DNA of 63,750 nt, the filler included, from Reclinomonas americana ATCC 50394 (lineage: Eukaryota), in assembly GCA_048213135.1 (NCBI GenBank). It is 4 parts of 3 records of this genome, joined end to end, with 100 filler letters (N's around TTAATTAATTAA, not from the genome) between each part and the next. Parts side by side here need not be neighbours in the genome. Positions count along the whole stretch, not along the records: positions 38,998 to 50,614 come from PS015079.1; positions 50,715 to 63,750 come from PS015080.1; 2 more parts are not named here. One strand, written 5' to 3'. Positions 39,457 to 51,411 of this stretch are shown piece after piece. Numbering within the stretch: the first letter of the stretch is position 1; each line of letters starts with the position of its first letter. Under the pieces are notes generated by a model. It worked only from the letters and a program-made list of their open reading frames with translations. It made no database searches and was not told the origin of the DNA. The position numbers and the translations under genes were made by a program.

Positions 39457-39638
39457 CAAAAGCGCAAGTCGAGTGGCATGGAATTGCTGAAGCTTGTCGG
39501 CCTCTCGCACATGCGAGAACAGTATCGAGTGGCGCGCGAGGCCAACGACCTTGCGGCGTGGCGTGCTGTGTTGCAGGTATGTGTGTGGGTGAGGGAGCGG
39601 GGAGAAGAGAAGAGAAGAGAGTGAGCGAGTGGCAGATT

Positions 39639-39672
<34 letters not shown>

Positions 39673-42600
39673 AGTAAAAGAGAAGAAGAGAAGGCTTGTG
39701 GTGACCAGTGAGGATGTCTGTGTGGCTGCGTGTGAGAGAGGAAGAGAGAGGACCGTGAATTAGTAAGTGTAGTGAGTGAGCGAGAGACGAAGTGAATGGG
39801 TGAGTAAAAGAGTGAGAGAGAAAAGGAGAGTGAGGGTATGCCAAGTGAGAATGTGAGGACGTGGAGTGAGCGTGCGAGAGAAAAATATGTCTTCGTGAGC
39901 GCGATGAATGAGGAGACGAAGTGAGTGAGTGACTACATGAGTGAGAGAGAAAAGAGGAGTGCATGAAGAGAGTACGTGAGTGAGTGAGTGAGTGTGAGAG
40001 AGAAAAGGAGAGCAAGTGAGCATGTGAGCGTGAGCGTGTGTGTCAGAGAGAGAGAAAGAAAACCACGTGTGAGTGAGTTGAGTGAATGAGGCAGGGATGA
40101 CACGAGTGAGTGAGCAATTGAGTGAGAAAAGGAGTGTGACTGCAGTGAGTGAGAGAGTGAGGCTGAGTGTGAGTGTGAGTGTGAGTGGGTGTGCGCAGAG
40201 AAAGAGAGAAATAGAGGCAAAGAGAGAGAACTGCGTGTGGTGAGCAATTGAGAGAGATAGAAAAGAAAGCGAGTGCAGTGAGTTCGTGAGTGAGGGCGTG
40301 GCTTTGTACATAAGAGTGAGAGACACCGTGTATTTGTAAGTGCAGCGGGAGAGAGAGAGAAAAGAAGTGTGCATGCAGTGAGTACGTAAGTGGGCGAGCG
40401 AGTGTGCGCAGAGAAAGAGAGAAATAGAGGCAATGAGAGAGAATCGCGTGTGGTGAGCAATTGAGTGAGAAAAAAACGATTGCAGTGAGTCCATGAGTAA
40501 GTGAATACGCCAGCAAGTGAATGAGTGGATGAGTGTGAAAGTGCCTGCCCTAGTCTGCGAATGGCTTTGTGTCAGTGTGCTCATCCCACTACGCAGACCG
40601 CCTACGACCACTACTCGCGCGAGAATGCACATCATCTGCGTATCTTCTTCAAGAACTCGATGGAGACGCTGCGCAAGCTGGAAGACGCCGATCGCACGCT
40701 GCGCAGTCACGACGACTACATCACGGCGCGCATTCTGAATGCTCGACTGACGGCCCACTCAAGGCGCGTCTCTTTTGTGCATCTGTCTTGCTGTCCACAC
40801 TCGCCATTCTTACACCACAGCAGCTACGACGCCGGTCACGATTCATTCGAGGCCATGTTTCTGTCGGGAGTGGGACGGCATTCGACTCATTTTTTCAACG
40901 AGTGGGGCTCGTTTGAGCGTGACAATGGTTCTCCCTCACTCTCCCCCCTCTCGCTCACCTTATCCAAAAGCCTCATCATGTCCCCCTTGCCAGGCCGACT
41001 GGAGAAATGGACCAAGCAGTTCCGCAAGGGCCACGGTCTCACCGAATCGGAGGCCGAGGAAGTGCTAGCGCGCCTCGCTGACGACCCCAGCGCTACATCA
41101 ATCTCCACCTGCTCCTCCTCGCGCACCTCGTCGTCCTCGGCCATTGACGCCACCGTAGACGACACCACCATTTGCGGTCTGCCGGAGGATCTGCAGACTC
41201 CGGCGGCAGACGACGACGTGCCGGCACCGTTCCAGATGACACCGCTGGTGTCGCCAATGCCGGGCCTCATGTCCACGCCCACGGTGGCCGGCGGTCTCGC
41301 CACACCGTCTCGGGATGCTTCGATGAGCGAGGAGCCGACCGTCATCTCCTTCAACACAACACCAAAATCACTATCCGGCACAGCCACCACCACGACCACC
41401 GTCACCACACCCGCCGCGCATGTCGACGACGACGACGAACCGACAGTGGTGACACGAACCCCGAAGCAGGTGGTGACCCCGACACTTCCAGCTGCTGCTG
41501 TGGCCGTGTTTGCGGACGCCGACGAGCCGACTGCCGTCATACCTGCACCGGCTCCCGCAGTAGTGTTTGCCAAGCCGCCACCCATGGGACCACCGCGACC
41601 ACGAGCCACTGCACCGCCACCACCAGCTGCTACAGCAACTGCGGCACCGGTAGAAGGCGACTCGACCGTGGTGTTCTCGCGACCCACTGGCGCCGCCAGC
41701 CGGACGGCGGCGGCACAGAAGCGGGCGCGCGGTGGTCTGCTGGCCAGCCTCGGATCGGCCAAGCGCGTGACACCGGCGGCCACTGCGGAGCCTGTCGACG
41801 GCGACGACGACGAGGCGACTGTGGTGGTGCCGACGGTCAAGCCCGCAGTTCCTGTTGTCGGAAAAGAGCCGGAGAAGTCATTGCTGGATGATGCACCGAC
41901 TGTGGTCGTCCAGCCTGCGCAGCCAGTACAATTGCCGCCACAGCCAGCAGTGGCACCGCCTCCGCCTGTGTTTGTCGCTCCTGCGCCAGTCGTAGTAGCA
42001 CCTGTGCGGCCAGTGGCGGAGACGCCCAAGCCGGCCGCACCCTCTTCGTCGCCGCCGAGGAAGGTGCTCTTCCGCGCCAGCGTGCCCACACCAGCAGCGC
42101 AGCCGCCACCGCAACCGCAGCAGCAGCCGCGCGCAACTCCGTCGAGCAGCAACAAGGTTTGTATAGCCCTCTTCAGTGCAATGCTTTTTGGTGATTCTCA
42201 CCTGCACGCAGCAGCAGGCCGCCAAATCACAGGCAGCACCCTCCAAATCGGTGGCAGCATTCGATGGCGAGAATATGGTCACGGTGAATGGAGTCCCCTA
42301 TCGCAAGCTGAAGATGATTGGACGTGGCGGGAGCTCCAAGGTGTTCCAGGTGCTGAGCGAGAGCTACGAAATCTACGCGCTCAAGAAGGTCTCCCTCAAC
42401 GGCCTGGACGAGGACACGATCGCCTCGTTTGTCAACGAGATTGCGTTGCTGCAGAGTCTGCACGGCCTCAAATTTGTCGTGCAACTCATTGACTCGGAGG
42501 TCAACTATGAGCAGAAAGTGCTGTACATGGTTTGTTGCAGTCACCGCAACCATCAGTCCATTATCCACACTGTGCTGAACACGCCATCTTCTTTGCCAGG

Positions 42601-43677
42601 TGATGGAGTGCGGTGAAATCGACCTGAACCACCGCTTGCACGAGGAGCAGGAGAGCGGCCTCGACGGCACCATTCTGCGTTCGTTCTGGCACGGCATGCT
42701 CAAGGCCGTGCAGTCGATTCACGAGCGTGGCATTGTGCACGGCGACTTGAAGCCGGCCAATTTCATGCTCGTCAAGGGCAAGGTCAAGCTCATCGACTTT
42801 GGCATCGCCAAGGCCATCCAGGGCGACACCACGAACATTATGCGCGACACACAGGTCGGCACGCTGAATTACATGTCGCCCGAGGCCTTTGTAGACACGG
42901 CAAAGGGACGCGGTCAGGGCCCGTGCATGAAGGTGGGTGATTGATTTCCCTTGTCGCTGAAGATACTGTGTTTTTTCTGACTCGCGAGTGACGCATACAC
43001 AGCTCGGCCGAGCCTCTGACATTTGGTCCATGGGCTGCATCCTGTACCAGATGGTGTTTGGTCGTCCGCCGCTGCACCACTTGTCGATTGTGCAAAAACT
43101 GCAGATGCTCTCCAATCCCAACCTCAAAATCACCATTCCCGACTGCAACAATCCCGATCTCAAGGACGTGCTGGAGCGGTGGGTGCTCTTTCGTGAAGAC
43201 GCCTGCATTTCGCTATCTATCACTCACTCATATTGTGTCGACAGTTGCCTGCAACGCGATCCGACACGGAGACCACTGACGGGTGACCTGCTGGAGCACC
43301 CATTCTTGCGTCCTGCGGCACCACCATCAGCACCGCCACCAGCACCAGCTGTTACCACCGTCGCCACTGCCGAAGATCACCAAGGAGGTGCGGCGATTTC
43401 ACTGTCGGTCGCCGACGTGGAGCGCATCGCCCGCGACCTAGCGACGCACACGGGCGCCGAGCCGTCGATCATCCTCCAACACTTGCGCCGCGGCGTGAAT
43501 GGTGGTGGTGGTGGTGCGCCGATGCCTCCTCCCACGACGTCGACGTCGTCGACAGTCTCCCCCGACGACCCCACGGTGTTGGGGCTGGAGACGGTGGATG
43601 TCGACGAGCCGACGGTCGCCGTCGCACCTCCGCCGCCGCCTGCTGCCGCGCGCGCTCCTCCTCCGCGAGCCCCGCGT
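39457..43677 (+). CDS. MPS1: Mps1/TTK spindle-checkpoint kinase with an N-terminal Mad3/Bub1-like TPR; 3' end runs into a gap
   Basis: [96 protein letters not shown] and [22 protein letters not shown]-like stretch: [20 protein letters not shown]. Confidence 0.93.
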
Positions 43678-44118
43678 NNNNNNNNNNNNNNNNNNNNNNN
43701 NNNNNNNNNNNNNNNNNNNNNNNNNNNNNNNNNNNNNNNNNNNNNNNNNNNNNNNNNNNNNNNNNNNNNNNNNNNNNNNNNNNNNNNNNNNNNNNNNNNN
43801 NNNNNNNNNNNNNNNNNNNNNNNNNNNNNNNNNNNNNNNNNNNNNNNNNNNNNNNNNNNNNNNNNNNNNNNNNNNNNNNNNNNNNNNNNNNNNNNNNNNN
43901 NNNNNNNNNNNNNNNNNNNNNNNNNNNNNNNNNNNNNNNNNNNNNNNNNNNNNNNNNNNNNNNNNNNNNNNNNNNNNNNNNNNNNNNNNNNNNNNNNNNN
44001 NNNNNNNNNNNNNNNNNNNNNNNNNNNNNNNNNNNNNNNNNNNNNNNNNNNNNNNNNNNNNNNNNNNNNNNNNNNNNNNNNNNNNNNNNNNNNNNNNNNN
44101 NNNNNNNNNCCCCTCCCA

Positions 44119-44352
44119 TCATACCGTCCACTCCTCCGTCGCCTCCTCGCCCTTCCCCTCCCCCCCACTAATCTGCCGCATCCTCTGGAACAACGGATTG
44201 CTCTCCTCCTCCTGCCGAATGGCCGCCTCCCTTCGCTCCTCCTGCAGCTTCTGCAGCGACGGAGCCGCGGCCAGACTGCGGTTCTGAATCGCATTCTTCA
44301 GCTCGGCCTCAAAGGGCACGGCTGGCGCAGGTGGCCGTTCCACCACGGGCGG
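44119..44352 (-). CDS. Orphan 3' coding fragment with a WH2/C/A-like ending (possibly the inverted 3' end of the Mps1 gene)
   Basis: PPVVERPPAPAVPFEAELKNAIQNRSLAAAP...SNPLFQRMRQISGGEGKGEEATEEWTV*, on a small contig between two gaps. Confidence 0.45.
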   Translation of the reverse strand, partial: PPVVERPPAPAVPFEAELKNAIQNRSLAAAPSLQKLQEERREAAIRQEEESNPLFQRMRQISGGEGKGEEATEEWTV

Positions 44353-45646
44353 NNNNNNNNNNNNNNNNNNNNNNNNNNNNNNNNNNNNNNNNNNNNNNNN
44401 NNNNNNNNNNNNNNNNNNNNNNNNNNNNNNNNNNNNNNNNNNNNNNNNNNNNNNNNNNNNNNNNNNNNNNNNNNNNNNNNNNNNNNNNNNNNNNNNNNNN
44501 NNNNNNNNNNNNNNNNNNNNNNNNNNNNNNNNNNNNNNNNNNNNNNNNNNNNNNNNNNNNNNNNNNNNNNNNNNNNNNNNNNNNNNNNNNNNNNNNNNNN
44601 NNNNNNNNNNNNNNNNNNNNNNNNNNNNNNNNNNNNNNNNNNNNNNNNNNNNNNNNNNNNNNNNNNNNNNNNNNNNNNNNNNNNNNNNNNNNNNNNNNNN
44701 NNNNNNNNNNNNNNNNNNNNNNNNNNNNNNNNNNNNNNNNNNNNNNNNNNNNNNNNNNNNNNNNNNNNNNNNNNNNNNNNNNNNNNNNNNNNNNNNNNNN
44801 NNNNNNNNNNNNNNNNNNNNNNNNNNNNNNNNNNNNNNNNNNNNNNNNNNNNNNNNNNNNNNNNNNNNNNNNNNNNNNNNNNNNNNNNNNNNNNNNNNNN
44901 NNNNNNNNNNNNNNNNNNNNNNNNNNNNNNNNNNNNNNNNNNNNNNNNNNNNNNNNNNNNNNNNNNNNNNNNNNNNNNNNNNNNNNNNNNNNNNNNNNNN
45001 NNNNNNNNNNNNNNNNNNNNNNNNNNNNNNNNNNNNNNNNNNNNNNNNNNNNNNNNNNNNNNNNNNNNNNNNNNNNNNNNNNNNNNNNNNNNNNNNNNNN
45101 NNNNNNNNNNNNNNNNNNNNNNNNNNNNNNNNNNNNNNNNNNNNNNNNNNNNNNNNNNNNNNNNNNNNNNNNNNNNNNNNNNNNNNNNNNNNNNNNNNNN
45201 NNNNNNNNNNNNNNNNNNNNNNNNNNNNNNNNNNNNNNNNNNNNNNNNNNNNNNNNNNNNNNNNNNNNNNNNNNNNNNNNNNNNNNNNNNNNNAAGAAGG
45301 GGGGGTGGAAGGGGGGAGAGATGGGGAGAATTTGACGGGAAAATAATTTTGAGAAGAACAATGAATGTGTTAATGGAATAGGATGGGGGGGAAGGGGGAG
45401 GGGGAGGGGGAAAGGGGGAAGGCAGGCGTGCCAGACAGCAACGATGGCACACGAGCAATAGCCACACTACCCACCGGAACATCACCAGCCCGAGTTATCG
45501 CAGTGATTGGCCTCTGCGCTCTCCGTTCGTGACTCTTCCACTCAATTTGTGGTGCATGTCACTCCTGTTCCGCCTCTCCTGCAGCACCGTGCCCTGATCT
45601 CCTCTTCTCCTTCTCATTAGCTTGTATTCACCCTTTCCCTCGGCAT

Positions 45647-48600
45647 CTACCACTGCTCATCCTCCTCCTCATCATCGTCATCGGCGCCACCGCCATTCGC
45701 CTTGCCCTTCATGCTCCGGCGACGATTGGCCATCTTGCCATACAACTCCTCCATCACTCCACTCGGCGGTGCCACATTCGGGCGAGGGACCTACGCAACG
45801 TATGTAAGCGACGCAAAACATACATCCTCCTCGTCTGACCCATTCTACGTACCACAATCGGCCGCTCCGCCAGTGGCGGCGCCTTTTTCAGGGCCACAGA
45901 CCCACGCCAAATGTCGTCCATCACCATCGATCGCAGATCCATTCGCGGACTGCTGTGTGCGTTGCCTGCACCGCTGCCGACCTCGTGTGAAGCGGCGGAG
46001 GGTAGCCTGGGTGAGGCGGGGGACGGCAACAATGCGGGCGGCGGCGGAGGCGGTGGTGGAGGTGGAGGCGGGGGCGGTGGTGGAGGTGGTGGCGATGACG
46101 CTGCTGGTGGTGCGGGTGGTCGCTCTGCCATTGTCACCGGCGGTGACGCCGGCGGCGACCTGGGCGATCGCACCGGGGACGCGACAGGGAGCGAATGCGA
46201 CGCCGGCGCCGGCGCTGGTGGTGGTTGCGACGGCGACGAGGTCGGCGAGCTCGCCAGTGCGCGAGGAGACGGCGACGTTGGCAGTGTGGGCGGAGAGCGT
46301 GGCGTTCGTGGACTGCCGTTTCGTTCGCTATCATACTACACATCACTCGCGGCGGCCAGCGCCGGCTCCCGTGGCGGCGGTCGAGATGCAGGTGCAAGAG
46401 GAGGTGGAGCAGCTGCAGCGGCGGGGTTATCGGCAGCAGCGGCAGNNNNNNNNNNNNNNNNNNNNGTCGAGATGCAGGTGCAAGAGGAGGTGGAGTCAGC
46501 TGTCAGCGCGGGGTTATCGGCGAGCGAGGCGGCGAGAGGCGGGGGCGTGCAGCGACGGGGCGGGGGCGGCAGCGGCGGGGGCGGGGGCGGCAGCGGCGGG
46601 GGCAGCGACAGCAGCCAATGGCGGAATCTGTGATGCTTACGACTGAGTGACGATATACAACAAAAAATCATCAGAGTGTGACACGGCGGACCAGTGAACA
46701 AACGTCAAAGTGCTGCGAGCGTGCCGGATAGAACTCGACGACCGGCGGCACCTTCTCGACCTCCGTTCCAGCAAAGAGGTTCCACTCGGCATTCCCGTCG
46801 ACCATTTGCAGGCGCTTGGTCCAGCAGTCGTCACCCAACACCGACTCCTCAACGCTGCGACACAGCTCCTGGTGCAGGCACGCGTACCGATCCAGGGCGC
46901 TGTGCACGGCGGTGGCGCGCTCCGCCATGGCCGCCCTCACTTGCTCCCGGGCGGCATCCAGTCGGATGCGATGCTGGTCCTCGACCACCGCCAGTGCCTC
47001 GCGTGCCGCCGTGACATCCTCTTCAGTGCCCTTGGCCGCCGCCAGTGCCGCCTCTGCCGCAAAAACACCCTTCAGCGCAGCCTCTTGACGTCGGCGGAAT
47101 CTGGCATCGTTGCTTTCGATGGTGGCGGCCTGTGCAGAGAGTTGGTCGGCTCGCCCATCCAACTCCAACGCCAAATTGTGCAACTCCGCCGCCAGCCACT
47201 CATGAATGTCCATCACCATCAGCGGCGAACTGCGCGCCTCCATCCACAGTGCGTGCAGGGAGCCCACGTCGAATCGCAGACCGTCAACAATTCCCGTCTT
47301 GCTCTTCACCACCAACGACCGCAATGCGGCCACGTGCGCTGCACGACTACTTGACTCCGCATCCAAATGCTCCGCCATCACCGTCACCTGCTGCGCGGCA
47401 CTTCGTACCTGCTCGGCGAGGGCGGCCAGAGACGGTGCCGTGTATGGCGATCGAACGCCGTCGGCAGCAACAGCAGCGTCAAGCCGAGCGTGACGCGCCA
47501 GCAGACTCTGTTCGAGTGCGCGCCCGAGCGCTTGCTTGGAGGAAGCGTACGACGTAAGCGTGACAATAACCGTAGCCGTGCACGAGTGATGCGCCGTCCA
47601 TAGCACCCGCCGTGCTTCCGGTAGCTGCGCCAAGTACGTGTTGCGCATGGCCGTGTGCGCCTGCACGGCTTGCCAGTACGCCAATGTGTGTGCATGTGCA
47701 CGTGCATACGCCTGCTGCTGCTCCTCGGCCGCCTGACTGGAGGAGGGACTGGCCGACGGTGCAGCGACCACCGTCATCTCGGCGCGCTCCAATGCTGCGA
47801 CCTGCGTGCGCCGTCTCTGCCAACAACAAACACAAACAAGTTCGAGTGAGCGCGCGCGAACGACCATGCACACGACGCATGTGTATGTCAGCCAAGCACC
47901 TCTTCCACTTGAGTGGCCAGTCGCGTCAGCTCCTTTTGCAAGCGCGTAATCTCCTTCATCGACTGCGTCACCTGCTGCCGCGACGTCTCCGCCGTGGACA
48001 GGAGCAGCGGCAGCAAGTGTGCGGTCACCGTGCGCGACCAGAACGCGTACTGCGACGCACAAATCTCCGCATGCTGCAACACGACGCCATGCATGGTCTC
48101 AATGCTCGTTCTGTGCGATCGGGTAAGTATACAGTACGCGCCTCCTCTGTCTGTGCCGCAAGAGTGAGTGTGCATACCTGACACCCGAGGGCGGTGGTGG
48201 CGGCGCCGGCAATCGCGAAGCCGGCAGGCGCGGCAACCGCGAGGCAAACTTGTCGACCAGACGCGCCTCTGCACGCAGAAAGTCGACCACACTGCTCACA
48301 AACAGCAGCTCCTGTCGCATCTGTGTCTCGGCGTGCGTCACGGAGAAGGTGTCGGTGGTGGGATCCACATTGGCCGGGCGCAGGCTGTTGCGACGACGCG
48401 GTCCACCACTGCGATCAAAACAGTGAGAGGGAGGGAGGGAGGGGAGGGGGGAGTGAGTGTGTGTGAGAGAGAGGTAGGGAGAAAGAAAGAGTAGACGCAA
48501 CGAGGCAACAACCGATCGATAGGCATCAGCGCCCGCGACGAAGGGCGCAGTCTGTGAGGCTCAGTGAGTGAGTGCGTATGTGTATGTGTGCAAGAGTGTG

Positions 48601-48765
48601 CAAGTGTGTGTGCAAGTGGGGGAGACGCACCTGTGAGCCACGTTGAGCGGCACGAGAGCGTGGTTGTGACGGTCCACTATTCACACCAACACCTTCGAAG
48701 GCGTCAACACGATCGGGGCCATTCCAGGGAGCAATGCGCGGGGCCTTTGAGGAGCAGCTGCCCAT
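45647..48765 (-). CDS. N-acylated F-BAR-domain protein with a polyproline tract and C-terminal WH2-C-A (WASP-family-like Arp2/3 activator)
   Basis: MGSCSSK start. F-BAR-like helices: RQELLFVSSVVDFLRAEARLVDKFASRL...QKELTRL...RNTYLAQLP. Then a P17 tract, WH2 RSMVMDDIWRGSVALKKA, and a last exon GVMEELYGKMANRRRSM...DDDDEEEDEQW*. Confidence 0.75.
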
Positions 48766-48930
48766 TCTCTGCGCTGCTTGCGAATAGTTGCTGGTGCGAC
48801 TCGCAGTATACATAATATTTCTGTCCGCCAGCGCACGCATTGGAATTGATACACTGGTCTAATAATAACTATTAGTTCAAGTTCCCTGCGACCAAAACAA
48901 CGAGACCTCCATCATCGTCCCTCCCGCTGT

Positions 48931-49314
48931 TCACGCAACAACTTGGCCAGCGCACCTGGACCCGGTCAGCGACTCTTGTACCAGCAGGTCGTCATCTTGC
49001 CGTCGCCGGCGTCGTTGATAGGCCTGCATAAAGTAAATCAATTCGCATGCACACCAGCAGCCACGCTCAAAGTACGCGCAACTTGCTGGAGCAGACGACC
49101 GCGTTCCACCTCACGCTGCCGATTGGCACTCACTCGCGATCTGATGGAGAGTGGCGTCACGGCACTGACGCGCGAGTTGGAAGTGGCGGCCAGCGGAGTA
49201 TGTGTACGCGCAGCTGGCGATGCCGCAGCGCTGCTCACCACGGTGGGTGCGAGTGGCGACATGGAGGCCCGATGGTGCTCCTGGCGACGTGCCAACAGAC
49301 TCCACCGAACTGGT

Positions 49315-49345
<31 letters not shown>

Positions 49346-50215
49346 CTCGCGTCTGTGATGCGCCACCATCCTCGTCGCTGTCGTCGGTCGACGATAGCAG
49401 CGAGCGCAGCACGTTGCTGTCGCTTCCTTTCAGCCGGATGCTGCGAATCACCTCTGTGGTCCACTGAGCCTGCTCCTGTCGCCGCTGACGTGCCACTTGC
49501 AGCGGTCTCGAGTCATCGCCGCCGCGTGCGTCGTCACTGCTGGCCACCAGGGGTGCGGGCAGCACTGACAATGGGGGACACGGAGCCGGCCGCACCGCTC
49601 TGCAACCAAAATATGAAAAGATCCACCACCATGGCACACTTACCAGCAGTGTCTCACGTACCTCGAGCTGCAAGAACACCGACTCCGGAGCCACCCCGGC
49701 CGCCGCATCTTCCACACCTTCCCGTCCGCAGTTACCATCTTCCTCTACATCCTCTACAGCCTCCTCCTCCTCCTCCTCATCGTACCACGGCGAGGAAGAC
49801 GCCGTCGAGGCGCCACTCTCCTCCTCCTCCTCTGCGTCTTCCTCGTCTTCCAGGTCCCACTCACCGTCGCTGTCGTCCTCGGCAGAACTCTCGTCGTCGA
49901 CATCAAACGTCAGCGGTCGCAGTGACTGAGTCGCCGTCAGCAGGAATACAAACAGCAGCACGCAGGCACACATCCAACAGACCTGAATGGCACTCAGTCG
50001 CATCGACACACGAGAGGAGACGCGCAGCGAGTCGCGCGACATGAGCGTGCTCACGGGAGCCGCCGCCAGCGGTGCCGGCGGATCGGCTGCAGCAGTGCCA
50101 CCCAGCCACTGCTCGGCAAATGAGACCAAGTTCGCTTCAAAAGACGGAGATAGGTGCACATGCTGGTTTCACTGGATACAAACGATTGCTTTTTCTACTG
50201 TCCCTCACGCACACG
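48931..50215 (-). CDS. 3' part of a hypothetical acidic, low-complexity protein
   Basis: A long ORF with D/E tracts and poly-Q, interrupted by short GT-AG introns. The 5' end is lost at the scaffold break. Confidence 0.5.
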
Positions 50216-50511
50216 TACGTGTGTAGCGTGTTGTGTGGGGGTGGGTGATGGGTGGTGGTTGTTGCGTGTGGTGGCGTCAGTTGTAGTTGTTGCGTGTGGA
50301 AGATTGTTTGGGTGGGGTGGGACTGGTCGCGTGGCACAGACACAGAGCGAGACATATATGGAAGGGGGGGAGTGGACAAGTGCGTTTTGTTTCGACGAGA
50401 TAAGCGCGTGGGGGGAGGGGGGATTACACGTACCGTCACTGGTGGGGCAGTCCGTGGTCTGCTGGGAGGGAGAAGGGGAAAGTGAGAGAGAGAGGTAAGT
50501 AGCGGGCAGAC

Positions 50512-50612
<101 letters not shown>

Positions 50613-50614
50613 TA

Positions 50615-50714
50615 NNNNNNNNNNNNNNNNNNNNNNNNNNNNNNNNNNNNNNNNNNNNTTAATTAATTAANNNNNNNNNNNNNNNNNNNNNNNNNNNNNN
50701 NNNNNNNNNNNNNN
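50615..50714. other. Artificial scaffold linker N44-TTAATTAATTAA-N44
   Basis: Same linker as at 22634. Confidence 0.95.
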
Positions 50715-51045
50715 CTCTCTCTCTCTTTCTTTCTTTTCTTTCTTTATTCCTCTCTTTCTCTCGTTCTCCCTCTGTCCGTCTGTCTTCCATCAGTCCCGTT
50801 GGTTTTATCTCTCAGATTCCCCACACGTGCAATGTCTGTCCATCTGTCTCTCATTCCCTCCCTCTGTCTCTCAGTTTACCCCCTCTCCCTCCCTTCCTCC
50901 CTATATCTCTCCCTCCTCCTTCTCTCCTTCTCCCTCCCTCCCTCCCTCCCTCCCTCCCACCCTCCCTTCCCTCCCTTCCCTCCCTTCCCTCCCTTCCCTC
51001 CCTTCCCTCCCTTCCTCCCTCACCCTCTCTCTCCCCCCTTCCGCA

Positions 51046-51376
51046 GAGCGCACTGCTGGCACGCTGTGCACGGCTGTGCCGCGAAAGGCAATGGTCACGA
51101 CTCACGCAAGCCGTGGCGGCGTTTGACACGGCCCCCCAGCCACCAGCACCAGTAATGACGACGAGTCGGCGGAACGGGGGCGGAGCATCGTCGTCATCGG
51201 GGCCACCGAGTCGATCGTCCAGTCGCGGCGGCGGAAGTGCTGCCGGTAGTCGGAGTAGTTCTGTCGCCTACTCGGACGACGACGCCAGCTCAGTGTCGAG
51301 CAAGGCGTCGAGCGGTGTCATGTCGTCGTACTCATTCACCGCGTCCCTGCCGGCTCTGACTAGTCTGCGGAGGTAG
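51046..51376 (+). CDS. Terminal Ser/Gly-rich exon of an unidentified gene
   Basis: Follows a polypyrimidine tract ending ccgcag and reads open to TAG at 51374-51376. Confidence 0.4.
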
Positions 51377-51411
51377 CAAATGAACGGAGAAGTGCCGTTC
51401 TCTTTATTCTT

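Noticed and set aside
39760-40520. Long ORFs rich in S/L/H/T (and similar ORFs over CT/GA tracts or N runs)
   Set aside because: These are spurious translations of intronic microsatellite sequence or of gaps.
46330-46560. Duplicated gtcgagatgcaggtgcaagaggaggtggag on both sides of a 20-N gap
   Set aside because: It may be an unmerged contig overlap and cannot be distinguished from a real repeat.
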